This document shows, one piece after another, positions 46,236 to 55,432 of a stretch of 64,000 nt of DNA; position 1 is the stretch's first letter, and each line of letters opens with the position of its first letter. This DNA is from an uncultured Candidatus Babeliaceae bacterium (GTDB lineage: Bacteria; Babelota; Babeliae; Babelales; Babelaceae): NCBI GenBank assembly GCA_963704655.1, contig OY969927.1, positions 256,001-320,000 on the forward strand, in the 5' to 3' direction. Both the position numbers and the translations under genes were made by a program. The notes below the pieces were generated by a model. The model was not told the origin of the DNA, made no database searches, and worked only from the letters and a program-made list of their open reading frames with translations.

Positions 46236-47474
46236 ATGATAGATTTAGCACTTGTACGTGAAAACCCAGATACGTTTAAGCAATTGATTTTAAAAAAAGA
46301 TCCAGAATTTCCAGTGGATCGTTTTATAGAACTTGAAAAAAAACAGTCCAGTCTAAAACGTGAAATTGAACATCTTCGTTCAGAAAAAAACCGCCTTGCA
46401 AAAGAAGCACAAAAAGGTGTAACTCCAGAAATTCGTCAAGAGTCTCAAAAAATTGGCGCAGAACTTAAAGAAAAAGAATCACTTTTTGAAACTGTTGAAG
46501 CTGAATTTAATAACCTCTATTTACACTGCCCAAACTTGCCAGCAGAAGATATCCCAGTTGGGAATAAAGAGTCTAATAAAGTAGTTAAAGTGGTTGGTGA
46601 ACAACCAACATTTATGTTTGAGCCAAAAAACCATGTTGAATTAGGTAAGCAGCTTGGTTGGTTCGATTTTGAAGCTGCCGCTGCAATGACCGGCAGTAAC
46701 TTTGCCCTTTATAAAGGTGACGCTGTCCGTATGCTCTACTCTTTAACTATGATGATGTTAAATAACAATTCTCAGCACGGCTATAGTCCAGTGCTGCCTC
46801 CCTATTTGGTGACTGAACAATCGTTGACCAATGCAAGTAATTTTCCACGATTTAAAGATAATGTATACAAGGTCAGTGATGAAAATTTGTATTTAACGCC
46901 AACAGCGGAAGTTAATATTACCAATTTGTACCGCGATACCATTTTTGCAGCCCAAGATTTGCCGCAACGCACTACTGCCTGGACAAGCTGTTTCAGAAAA
47001 GAGGCCGGCACCTATGGCGCTACAGAGCGTGGGCTTATTCGTATTCATCAATTTGAAAAGGTTGAGGCTTATACTGTTTGTACGCCAGAACAGGCTCAAG
47101 CTGAACATGAGCGTATGCTTGCATGTGCAGAATCTATTTTGCAAAAATTAGGGTTACATTATCGCGTGAGTCTTTTGGCTGCGCAGGACTGTTCTTTTGC
47201 GGCATTTAAAACGTATGATATTGAGGTCTGGATGCCCGGGCAAAAGGCTTACTATGAAGTTTCATCTTCAAGTAACTGTACCGATTTTCAGGCGCGGCGT
47301 ACGGGTATCCGTTTTAAAAATCAGCCAGCCGATAAGGCCCAATATGCGTATACGCTTAATACATCATCACTTGCAGTTCCGCGATTGATGGTTGCGCTTA
47401 TGGAAACATATCAGCAGGCAGATGGCTCGATAGTTTGGCCGGAGGCACTTAAAAATATTTCGATACAGTTTTAA
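46236..47474 (+). CDS. serS: Serine--tRNA ligase
   Basis: LTPTAEV, CFRKEAG, GLIRIHQFEKVE, KTYDIEVWMPG, EVSSSSNCTDFQARR. Confidence 0.97.
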   Translation: MIDLALVRENPDTFKQLILKKDPEFPVDRFIELEKKQSSLKREIEHLRSEKNRLAKEAQKGVTPEIRQESQKIGAELKEKESLFETVEAEFNNLYLHCPNLPAEDIPVGNKESNKVVKVVGEQPTFMFEPKNHVELGKQLGWFDFEAAAAMTGSNFALYKGDAVRMLYSLTMMMLNNNSQHGYSPVLPPYLVTEQSLTNASNFPRFKDNVYKVSDENLYLTPTAEVNITNLYRDTIFAAQDLPQRTTAWTSCFRKEAGTYGATERGLIRIHQFEKVEAYTVCTPEQAQAEHERMLACAESILQKLGLHYRVSLLAAQDCSFAAFKTYDIEVWMPGQKAYYEVSSSSNCTDFQARRTGIRFKNQPADKAQYAYTLNTSSLAVPRLMVALMETYQQADGSIVWPEALKNISIQF

Positions 47475-47492
47475 AACACAGTTTTCATAATC

Positions 47493-47522
47493 AAGCCTTG
47501 CGTTATGTGAGGCTTTTTTTTC
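47493..47522 (+). terminator. Intrinsic terminator after serS
   Basis: aagcct...aggctt followed by T-run. Confidence 0.65.
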
Positions 47523-47607
47523 TGGCGTGTGCGTTATTGTATATTCTTTGGTGGCACATCATGTGTCAGCCGAGCGAGTCACAGGCTCTCTTTGGCGTTA
47601 TACCACG

Positions 47608-47897
47608 TGTCACCCTGAGCGTGTCTCAGGGTCTTTTTATTAGATTAAAGACTGACAGGGATATTTTTTTTGTAAAAGCGCTTCCACTTTGGTGAATATG
47701 CTCAAATAATCTTCGCGCAAGATTATTAGTGATACCAATATATAAAGTTCCGTGAGGTTTGTTTGTAAGAATATAAACATAATAAATTTTCATAGTATGA
47801 TTTATTATATTGTTTTTTGTTGTTAAAAAAATATTCTTATCATGAAATACAACATGATGCTTTAAGTTAACAAAGAGACCCTGAGACGCGCTCAGGG
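47608..47897. mobile_element. REP-bounded element carrying a GIY-YIG remnant
   Basis: 38-bp inverted repeats 47613-47650 and 47860-47897 (33/38 match), each with a ccctgag..ctcaggg hairpin. Confidence 0.7.
47626..47793 (-). pseudogene. Truncated small GIY-YIG nuclease (YhbQ/SLX1-like)
   Basis: MKIYYVYILTNKPHGTLYIGITNNLARRLFEH...AFTKK; homology ends at an A8 run, C-terminal half with the catalytic Glu is missing, stop lies inside the REP. Confidence 0.85.
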
Positions 47898-48060
47898 AAG
47901 CGGAGTTTATCGTACCGCGTCCGCCATAGCTCGCGAGAGCGCCGGTCGAAACAGAGCACACAATGCCTCATGACATTAATATGCTTCTGCTACGCATTAT
48001 TTTTATAATTATGATATACTTTAACTCAATAAATTTTTTAAACTTAAACTCATATTAATT

Positions 48061-49230
48061 ATGTTATTTAGTTCATCTTGTGACGTTGCGTCATTGTATA
48101 TTCATTGGCCATTTTGCCCCTATAAATGCCATTTTTGTCCCTTTGTAGCACTTGCGTCACATGATGAATACATGGAGCAGTACCATAATGCACTTACTAA
48201 AGAGATTATGCTTTATGGCGACTATGCCCAGAAAGTGCCTATTAAAACAATCTTTTTTGGGGGTGGCACTCCAAGTACGTATCCACCAAAGTTGCTACTT
48301 GACACGTTTGGTATACTAAGAAGTACATTCGAGTTTGACCCTGCGTGTGAGATTACGCTTGAGGTGAATCCTGGAACCGTGACCCCGGAAAAAATACGTG
48401 CCTGGAAAGATGCTGGAATAACAAGATTGAGTATTGGTGTGCAGAGTTTAAATAACGATGTATTAACGTCACTTAATCGGCATCAAAAAGCCGCTGATGT
48501 TTTAGAACTGCTTAAGCAGGCGTCGCCGCATTTTGAAGTTCTTTCAGTTGATTTGATTTTGGGGCTGCCTGGAATTAGTTTTGCTGAATGGCAAGAGCTT
48601 ATAAGAACTGTTGTTACGTGGCCGATTAAGCATCTTTCGGTATATTTTTTGACGGTGCATGAAGATACACCGTTATATTATGGGGTTGCGCGGAAAAAGA
48701 TTCATCTACCAACTGATGATGTGATGGTTGATACGTATCAATGGACGGCACAAGTATTAGAAGAGCATGGTTTTATGCAGTATGAAGTTTCAAATTTTGC
48801 CCGTACTGGTTTTGAATCTCGTCACAATAGTATCTATTGGAAGCGATTGCCTTATAAGGGCTTTGGAATGGGCGCCTGTTCGTTTGATGGCGCATCCCGG
48901 TTTCAGACAGAAAAGAACCTTATGAACTATTTAAAAATAGTTGAGCAGGCAAACTCTATGCAAGAGCTTGAAAAACTTTCTATAGTGGCAGAAACCTTAA
49001 CTGAAAACCAAGTTTGGATTGAAGAGCTTATGTTGGGCCTTCGTCAAAAAAATGGCATTGCCTGGCAGGTAATTCAGGTAAAGCTACCAATAGAAAAGCA
49101 AGCTTTTTTTAAAAATAAGATTGCTGAATTTGTTGCATTGGGATACGTCGTGGATGATCAGCAGCGGTTTTGGCTCACTACATTAGGGCGCGCAGTAGAA
49201 AATGAAATTGTAGTTGCACTCTTGCAGTAG
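48061..49230 (+). CDS. hemW: Radical SAM heme chaperone HemW (HemN-like)
   Basis: LYIHWPFCPYKCHFC, FGGGTPS, EITLEVNP, RLSIGVQS, YEVSNFA, HNSIYW. Confidence 0.92.
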   Translation: MLFSSSCDVASLYIHWPFCPYKCHFCPFVALASHDEYMEQYHNALTKEIMLYGDYAQKVPIKTIFFGGGTPSTYPPKLLLDTFGILRSTFEFDPACEITLEVNPGTVTPEKIRAWKDAGITRLSIGVQSLNNDVLTSLNRHQKAADVLELLKQASPHFEVLSVDLILGLPGISFAEWQELIRTVVTWPIKHLSVYFLTVHEDTPLYYGVARKKIHLPTDDVMVDTYQWTAQVLEEHGFMQYEVSNFARTGFESRHNSIYWKRLPYKGFGMGACSFDGASRFQTEKNLMNYLKIVEQANSMQELEKLSIVAETLTENQVWIEELMLGLRQKNGIAWQVIQVKLPIEKQAFFKNKIAEFVALGYVVDDQQRFWLTTLGRAVENEIVVALLQ

Positions 49231-49265
49231 AAAAATAATTATAACCACAAGATTAAAGGATAGTC

Positions 49266-49727
49266 ATGGCAAAAAACGTAGGCATTAAGTTGCCAGAAGA
49301 TCTGGTAAAGATACTTAAGCAGGAAAAGACCGTTGCGATTTTGGCAACTTTTTCTGAAAAAGGGCTCCCGCATACTACCCCTATTCAATGTGTTTATCCA
49401 AAAGGGCTTGAAAGTATTTTAATGACCATTAATAAAGAGCATATTGGCTACCACAATATGGTTTGGCAAAAAAAAGTTATGCTCTGTTTTCTTGATGAAG
49501 GCAACGTTGCTTATAGCATTTTGGGACGTGCTGGCGTAGTTCGCGCACCTTCTTTGGTTCATCCGCTTATGAACGTTGTGCGTATTGATATTATTGATAT
49601 CAAGTGTGACCGATCAATTGTTACCCGTGTTGATTCTGGCGTCCGTTGGAGTTATACTTCTTCAGAAGCAGAAGAATTATCAGTTGCGTTAATGGATGAG
49701 CTTAAGGAGCTTGCACGTACGTTATAA
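49266..49727 (+). CDS. Pyridoxamine 5'-phosphate oxidase-like FMN-binding split-barrel protein
   Basis: AILATFSEKGLPHTTPI motif, about 150 aa, AAGGA RBS. Confidence 0.7.
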   Translation: MAKNVGIKLPEDLVKILKQEKTVAILATFSEKGLPHTTPIQCVYPKGLESILMTINKEHIGYHNMVWQKKVMLCFLDEGNVAYSILGRAGVVRAPSLVHPLMNVVRIDIIDIKCDRSIVTRVDSGVRWSYTSSEAEELSVALMDELKELARTL

Positions 49728-49738
49728 GGAGCTACTTG

Positions 49739-50824
49739 ATGAACAAAAAAAAGTTTGTATATATTGGATTATTACTACCGTTAGTTTGCAGGGCGCAGGA
49801 GCAAGAAGCTCCTGCTCCGGTACTTTCACGCAAGGCTGATGAACAAGAAATGGTCGCTTTGCAACCAGATGTTGGGGTATCAGAAGATCTTAAAAATCAG
49901 CAAGCCAGTGGTGAACAAGCCGAGGGTCTGGAAGATGAGAGTCTGGATGACGAGCAGGATGACGAAGGTCAGGATGACTCGTCAGAATCAGACATAGATT
50001 TAACCGAGTCCCCTGAGTATGCGCGGGGTAACTGGTATGAAAAACAACAGACACTTAAACAGGCCCATGATGTTTACCAAGAGGTTCGTCAAAAAGAGGC
50101 TGGTGTCGCTCAGTTTGAAACTACGTTTATCACTAAGAAAAATGAGTTGACCAACAAGTTTGAAGAGTTTTCACAGTCGTTAAACGTTGCTTTGCCGAGT
50201 TTACATAAGGCCATTGTTGACGAGCTTGAAAAGCTTGAGGCTATACCTAAACCCACTGGGCAATTAACGCAAGAAGAACGTATTAAAATTACGCAGGATC
50301 AAGAAACAAAGAATGTTCTTACGCAGTTGAAAAAAGATCTTGATGCGATAACTGAACTATATAAAGCAGCAGACCAAGCTATGGTTGTTCTTATGCAACA
50401 AATTACCGCGACTCATAATTTCGAACAAAAAGCATTTGAATCGTACGAAAAAATTGCACAGGTACTGAGTGACCAAGTAGCTAAGCAGCTTTATGCAGAG
50501 ATAGTAGCCGCGCGTGAAAATATATCCGGAATTGCTGAGTATATTAAGGGTGATTTTTCACGTTATTTTGATGAGCTATCTGAAAATATTACAAAATCTA
50601 TTACCTTGGTGCATCAACAGCTTGCGACATTGAAAGAGCGTGGATTGGATCTCACCAAAACGCATGATGAAAAAATTGTTGAGGTAAAGGTGGTTGTACC
50701 TGAGCCGGCAAAGCCATCGCAAAGTTATTTTAGTACATTCATTTCTGGCGTCTATAATTTTTGGTTCGCTTTAGCGAACTACTTTGTGGGAATTTGGCGC
50801 TGGTTTGTAGGATTTTTTGCGTAA
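49739..50824 (+). CDS. Hypothetical exported coiled-coil protein with acidic tract and aromatic C-terminal helix
   Basis: AAGGAG RBS, signal peptide, D/E-rich stretch, long helices, FWFALANYFVGIWRWFVGFFA end. Confidence 0.8.
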   Translation: MNKKKFVYIGLLLPLVCRAQEQEAPAPVLSRKADEQEMVALQPDVGVSEDLKNQQASGEQAEGLEDESLDDEQDDEGQDDSSESDIDLTESPEYARGNWYEKQQTLKQAHDVYQEVRQKEAGVAQFETTFITKKNELTNKFEEFSQSLNVALPSLHKAIVDELEKLEAIPKPTGQLTQEERIKITQDQETKNVLTQLKKDLDAITELYKAADQAMVVLMQQITATHNFEQKAFESYEKIAQVLSDQVAKQLYAEIVAARENISGIAEYIKGDFSRYFDELSENITKSITLVHQQLATLKERGLDLTKTHDEKIVEVKVVVPEPAKPSQSYFSTFISGVYNFWFALANYFVGIWRWFVGFFA

Positions 50825-50957
50825 AAGGTGAGCGTTAAATTTTCGATGATTTTATTTGCAAGAATAAAGGTTATCTGGTACATTTAATGACATGTAAATC
50901 CCCAAGTCTTTGCTTATTCAGGCCTACAGGCTTGGCAAGCTTCTACGGGGCTAACGC

Positions 50958-51043
50958 GCGGAAGTGGTGAAATGGTATACACGCAGCCTTGAGGTGGCTG
51001 TGGGAGAAATCCCGTGGGGGTTCGAGTCCCTTCTTCCGCACCA
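50958..51043 (+). tRNA. tRNA-Leu(GAG)
   Basis: GCGGAAG/CTTCCGC acceptor, CAGCC-TTGAGGT-GGCTG anticodon arm, long variable arm, TTCGAGTCC, CCA. Confidence 0.95.
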
Positions 51044-51094
51044 TCCTGCACTTATCCGGGCGTAAACGCTCGGCAAGTTTCGGATGGCAGGCCA
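51044..51094 (+). repeat. Post-tRNA hairpin element, paralog of 52846-52896
   Basis: 35/51 ungapped identity, both begin right after CCA. Confidence 0.6.
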
Positions 51095-51149
51095 GTTTAC
51101 GTTTCTTCTCAACCTGCTACTTTGATTATGTTCAGTAATGGGGCCCGCG

Positions 51150-51182
51150 CCGCTCGTGGTGAGCGAAGTCGAATCCATGGCG
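51150..51182. repeat. REP-like element (uninterrupted form of 3509-3600)
   Basis: ccgctcgtggtgagcgaagtcgaatccatggcg. Confidence 0.65.
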
Positions 51183-51245
51183 AAGGCCGGGTGAAAGTGT
51201 TAGCGAAAATAAGTTATTCTTACAAACAAAAAAAGGGTTTTGAGT

Positions 51246-52652
51246 ATGACAGTTTCTTTAAAAAGAGTTCTATTTTCCCAGTTGGGCGTTTGGTTTTTAA
51301 TCACGCTTTTTGGGGTCTATTTTCTCCTGAATTTACGACAAAATTTAAACTTTGGTATCGATCTTGTAGGTGGAACCTATATAACACTTGAAGTAAAAAC
51401 AGATTTATTACTTGAGCATGAACAGGCGTTGCGTGGCAAAGAGGGCAAACCCCTTAATGATCGCGAAAAGCAAGAAGTTGTAAGAAATGCAGTTCATGAC
51501 AATATCGAAGTTCTGCGTTCACGTTTAGATAAATCGGGTGTTGGCGAAGTAACTATCGCGGCACATGGTGACAAAAATATATTGATTGAACTTCCTAATG
51601 TGCATAATCCTGAACAAGCAAAGGCTATGATCGGCAAATCTGCATTATTAGAAGTTAAACTTGTTGAAGATTCAGCTAGTTCAGAAGAAGAGCTTTTAGA
51701 AAAATATAAAGGTAAACTTCCTGATGATAAAATCATTGTTAAAGAGATCAGAAACCGTGGTTACAGCGCTCAACCAATGGCAACCTATCATGTTGTAGCT
51801 AAATTTACCGATCTTACGGGTAAATTATTAAAAACGGCACAAGCTCGTTTAAGTGATGCGAAAAGTCTTTCAATTGCGCCGGTTATTGCTTTTGAATTTA
51901 AACCAGAAGGTGCTGAAAAGTTTTACCAACTTACAAAGAAAAATGTAGGTAAATCGATTGCTCTTATTCTTGATAATGAAGTTATTACCGCTCCTCGAGT
52001 TAATGAGCCTATTAATGGTTCTGGTCAAATTAGCGGTGACTTTGATATGCAAGAGGCAAAAGATATTGCACTTATGTTGCGTACCGGTGCTTTTACCGCT
52101 CCAGTTCAGATTGTTGAAGAACGTCACATTGGGCCATCTTTAGGTGAGGCTGCAATTTCACAAGGGCTCACTTCATGCCTTATTGGCTTGGCTCTGTTAT
52201 TCCTGTTCAGTATAATCTTTTATAAAGTTGCTGGCCTTTTTGCTTTTATCGTATTATTGTACAATTTATTGCTGATACTTTTTGCTCTTTCTTGGTTCCA
52301 AGCGGCGCTTACGCTTCCTGGTATTGCTGGGATAGTGTTGAGTATCGGTATGGCAATTGATGCTTCAATTTTAATTTATGAGCGTATCAAAGAGGTCCTG
52401 GCAAGTGGGGCATCTCTCAAAAAAGCTGTTGATGAAGGCTTTTCCGGTGCACTTACGGTAATTTTAGATGCTAATATTACCCACTTTATCGTTGCGGTTG
52501 TATTATACTATCTTGGTGCTGGCCCTATTCAAGGTTTTGCTGTAACCATGATTATTGGTATCATTGCAACGTTGTTGACCGGGATACTCTTATTACGTGC
52601 TATTTTTGAATTTTATACCTCAGTTTTAGGTATACAAAAAATTTCAATTTAG
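51246..52652 (+). CDS. secD: Protein translocase subunit SecD
   Basis: LNFGIDLVGG, ILIELP, IGPSLG, LTLPGIAGIVLSIGMAIDASILIYERIKE, ILDANIT, GPIQGFAVT. Confidence 0.95.
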   Translation: MTVSLKRVLFSQLGVWFLITLFGVYFLLNLRQNLNFGIDLVGGTYITLEVKTDLLLEHEQALRGKEGKPLNDREKQEVVRNAVHDNIEVLRSRLDKSGVGEVTIAAHGDKNILIELPNVHNPEQAKAMIGKSALLEVKLVEDSASSEEELLEKYKGKLPDDKIIVKEIRNRGYSAQPMATYHVVAKFTDLTGKLLKTAQARLSDAKSLSIAPVIAFEFKPEGAEKFYQLTKKNVGKSIALILDNEVITAPRVNEPINGSGQISGDFDMQEAKDIALMLRTGAFTAPVQIVEERHIGPSLGEAAISQGLTSCLIGLALLFLFSIIFYKVAGLFAFIVLLYNLLLILFALSWFQAALTLPGIAGIVLSIGMAIDASILIYERIKEVLASGASLKKAVDEGFSGALTVILDANITHFIVAVVLYYLGAGPIQGFAVTMIIGIIATLLTGILLLRAIFEFYTSVLGIQKISI

Positions 52653-52663
52653 TATAATATACG

Positions 52664-52732
52664 TGTCACCATGGACTCGTTTCAGAGTCTCTTTATTAGC
52701 GAATAAGATGCTGAACCACGTTCAGCATGACA
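52664..52732. repeat. Empty REP doublet (TGTCA family)
   Basis: tgtcaccatggactcgtttcagagtct-N16-gatgctgaaccacgttcagcatgaca. Confidence 0.7.
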
Positions 52733-52768
52733 ATGCGGACAAGTAGGTATTGAAATAAAGTTTTATGT

Positions 52769-52845
52769 GGCGGCGTAGCTCAGCTGGTTAGAGCGACGGA
52801 ATCATAACCCGTAGGTCCGGGGTTCGAGTCCCTGCGCCGCCACCA
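52769..52845 (+). tRNA. tRNA-Met(CAT), elongator type
   Basis: GGCGGCG/CGCCGCC paired acceptor (no C1:A72 mismatch), CAT anticodon, GGTTCGAGTCC, CCA. Confidence 0.9.
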
Positions 52846-52896
52846 TCTTGCGCATATCCACGCCTGCAAACTTGGCATGCTACAGATGGCGGGCCA
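52846..52896 (+). repeat. Post-tRNA hairpin element, paralog of 51044-51094
   Basis: tcttgcgcatatcc...ggcatgctacagatggcgggcca. Confidence 0.6.
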
Positions 52897-52976
52897 TATT
52901 CGGGCCTTATATAAAGTAAATTTACAGTTCCAAAAGTGTCATTCTAGTACTTAGATAAATAAAGTATTCAATACTC

Positions 52977-53000
52977 GCTCATCCTGAGCGTGTCGAAGGG
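52977..53000 (-). repeat. REP-like element (CCTTCGA...CTCAGG family)
   Basis: Reverse complement cccttcgacacgctcaggatgagcg resembles 3523-3542. Confidence 0.7.
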
Positions 53001-53012
53001 TTAGCGAAATTA

Positions 53013-53525
53013 ATGAACATATCCCTTATTTTTACTCTCTTACGTCTTTTTCTTTCGCCATTACTCTTGGCGCCACTTATCGCGCTGCAAGCGCCTGTTC
53101 TTCTTACTTTTTCTTTGTATGTCTTTTTAGCATTAACAGATTTTTTTGACGGTTTTTTTGCGCGTAAATTTAATCAAGTTAGTGGGTTAGGTGCGTTTCT
53201 TGACCAATTTGCCGATAAGATTTTTCTCTTCTCTGTTGTTTTTGCAACATTGTATACGCATCAATTGCCATTACATATCGCGTTATTGTTAGCGTTTCGT
53301 GAACTTGGGGTTATGGGCATGCGTGAGTATGGTATGCAAAAAAATATCCAATTGCCTGTTATTTTTTCAGCAAAATTAAAAACGGCGTTTCAGATGATTC
53401 TTTTTGGCTGGATTATTTTAAATCAGCACTTTCCTGGAGCAGAATATATCACCGCGTCTCTCTTTTTTATTACCATTGGATTATCGTATTATTCTGCATA
53501 TTTTTATGTAAGAAAATTTTTGTAA
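53013..53525 (+). CDS. pgsA: CDP-alcohol phosphatidyltransferase (PgsA-like)
   Basis: TDFFDGFFARKFNQVSGLGAFLDQFADK signature, AKLKTAFQM. Confidence 0.85.
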   Translation: MNISLIFTLLRLFLSPLLLAPLIALQAPVLLTFSLYVFLALTDFFDGFFARKFNQVSGLGAFLDQFADKIFLFSVVFATLYTHQLPLHIALLLAFRELGVMGMREYGMQKNIQLPVIFSAKLKTAFQMILFGWIILNQHFPGAEYITASLFFITIGLSYYSAYFYVRKFL

Positions 53526-53587
53526 TTTTCATGCTGCGGTATGGTATACTAATTGTAACGTAAAGCTATTTAAAAATTGGATTATCT

Positions 53588-55357
53588 ATGAAATTTCAAG
53601 AAGTAGTATCTGTCTTTGAGTCTATAGAAAAACTGGCGTCACGTAATGCTATCATGGAACTTCTAGCAGATATTTTCAAGCGCGCTACGCCTCATGAAGC
53701 ACAAATGCTTACCTATCTTTCTGTTGGGCAGGTTCGCCCGACCTATTTAGGGAGCCAGTTTAATATTGCCGATAAGACACTTAAAAAAGTTATTCAAGAG
53801 ATCACTCAGCTTTCACCAACTGATTTTGCGCATCAAGTAAAAGAGTTTGGTGATCTGGGGACGTTGTTGGCTGCACAAAGTTGGCAACCGAATGAAACCC
53901 TGACACTTAAATATGTCTTTGATGCTCTTGTCGAGTTACAAACTATCTCTGGCGAAGGTTCACAAGATGTACGTGCACAATTCCTGGAAAAGCTTTTGCG
54001 CCAATTGAGTCCTGCCGGCGCAGGCTTTGTGGTACGTATTATTTTAGGTAAACTGCGTACCGGATTTTCTGATATGACCATTATTGATGCATTCTCTTGG
54101 ATGCTTGCCGGTAATAAAAGCCTAAGCAAAGAGATCGAGCATGCCTATAATGTCTGTGCCGATTTGGGGCTTATTGCCTATACGTTAAAAAAAGATGGGC
54201 AAGCGGGTCTTGAACATATTCATATTACCGTTGGTATACCTATTTTGCCCTCACTTGCAGAACGTTTGGCAACAGCGTTAGAGATTGTCGATAAATTGGG
54301 TCACTGTGCCGCACAGCCAAAACTTGATGGGTTTAGACTCCAAGTGCATATTGTGCATAGTGACAAAACCAAAGGACCGAAGGTCTATTTTTACTCACGT
54401 AATTTAATAAACATGACGCATATGTTTCCCGATCTTACCCGCGCAGCTGAAAAGCTGCCAGTTGAAGATGCGATCTTTGAAGGTGAAGCTATTGTCTTTG
54501 ACGAGTCAACCGGGGCATTTCTGCCTTTTCAAGAGACGGTAAAACGTAAACGAAAACATGACATTGAAACTGTTGCACAAGAGTTCCCTTTAAAACTTTT
54601 TGTTTTTGATCTTTTGTATCTTAATGGTGAATCGATGCTCAATAAAGGGCACGAAACCCGCAGAAAAGCAGCGCTTACATTTTTATCAGCTGATCATGCC
54701 GATACTCTTTCATTAATCGATGAGCGTGAGGTTAACACACCACAAGAGCTTGAAGATTATTTTCTTGAATGCATAGAAGAGGGTCTTGAAGGTTTGGTGG
54801 TAAAAAAAATGAATGCGCATTATCAGCCGGGTAAACGAAATTTTAATTGGATAAAACTAAAACGTACACAAGAGTCCGGAACGCTTACTGACACTATCGA
54901 CGCAGTAGTTTTAGGCTATTATCATGGCCGCGGAAGACGTGCCGCTTTTGGCATCGGCGCCTTTTTAATTGGCGTTTATGACAAAAAACATGACCGTTTT
55001 GAAACACTTGCTAAAGTGGGTACCGGGCTTTCCGACCAGGGCTTTAAAGATATAAAAAAAATGTGCGATGGAATAAAAATTGATCATAAACCTTTTAATG
55101 TAGTTTGCGCAAAAGAGCTTTTTCCCGATGTTTGGGTGGTACCAAAGCTTGTGTGGGTAGTTATTGCTGATGAAATTACTCGTTCACCACTGCATACAGC
55201 TGGCAAGACAGAACATGAATTGGGCTATGCCTTACGTTTTCCACGGGCGATTGAATATCGTGCGGATAAAGATGAAAATCAAGCCACTACGGTTGATGAA
55301 ATAATTCATATGTTTAATAATTCGCATCTTAAAAAAGCTGAAAATAGAAAACAGTGA
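53588..55357 (+). CDS. ATP-dependent DNA ligase, three-domain archaeal/eukaryotic LigI-like
   Basis: N-terminal DNA-binding domain, KLDGFRLQVH (motif I), FEGE, FVFDLL, EGLVVK, WIKLK, LRFPR. Confidence 0.95.
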   Translation: MKFQEVVSVFESIEKLASRNAIMELLADIFKRATPHEAQMLTYLSVGQVRPTYLGSQFNIADKTLKKVIQEITQLSPTDFAHQVKEFGDLGTLLAAQSWQPNETLTLKYVFDALVELQTISGEGSQDVRAQFLEKLLRQLSPAGAGFVVRIILGKLRTGFSDMTIIDAFSWMLAGNKSLSKEIEHAYNVCADLGLIAYTLKKDGQAGLEHIHITVGIPILPSLAERLATALEIVDKLGHCAAQPKLDGFRLQVHIVHSDKTKGPKVYFYSRNLINMTHMFPDLTRAAEKLPVEDAIFEGEAIVFDESTGAFLPFQETVKRKRKHDIETVAQEFPLKLFVFDLLYLNGESMLNKGHETRRKAALTFLSADHADTLSLIDEREVNTPQELEDYFLECIEEGLEGLVVKKMNAHYQPGKRNFNWIKLKRTQESGTLTDTIDAVVLGYYHGRGRRAAFGIGAFLIGVYDKKHDRFETLAKVGTGLSDQGFKDIKKMCDGIKIDHKPFNVVCAKELFPDVWVVPKLVWVVIADEITRSPLHTAGKTEHELGYALRFPRAIEYRADKDENQATTVDEIIHMFNNSHLKKAENRKQ

Positions 55358-55432
55358 GCTGGAGAGCGGTGTTACCATGGGCGTGTCTCAGTTCTTCAAG
55401 GATGGATATTTTAGTAGTCGTGAGTAATTTAG

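Noticed and set aside
47498-47961. ORF 47498-47695 and the extended N-terminus of 47626-47961
   Set aside because: Read through terminator and REP sequence; only 47626-47793 has GIY-YIG similarity.
50951-51391. ORFs 50951-51178 (-) and 51014-51391 (+)
   Set aside because: Overlap tRNA-Leu, REP elements and the secD start; spurious.
51246-52652. secD without adjacent secF as a fusion or loss
   Set aside because: Length fits stand-alone SecD; secF may lie outside the window, so nothing can be concluded.
52796-52812. A31-C39 mismatch in the tRNA-Met anticodon stem as a sign of a pseudo-tRNA
   Set aside because: The rest of the cloverleaf and CCA are intact; one mismatch at this position is not enough evidence.
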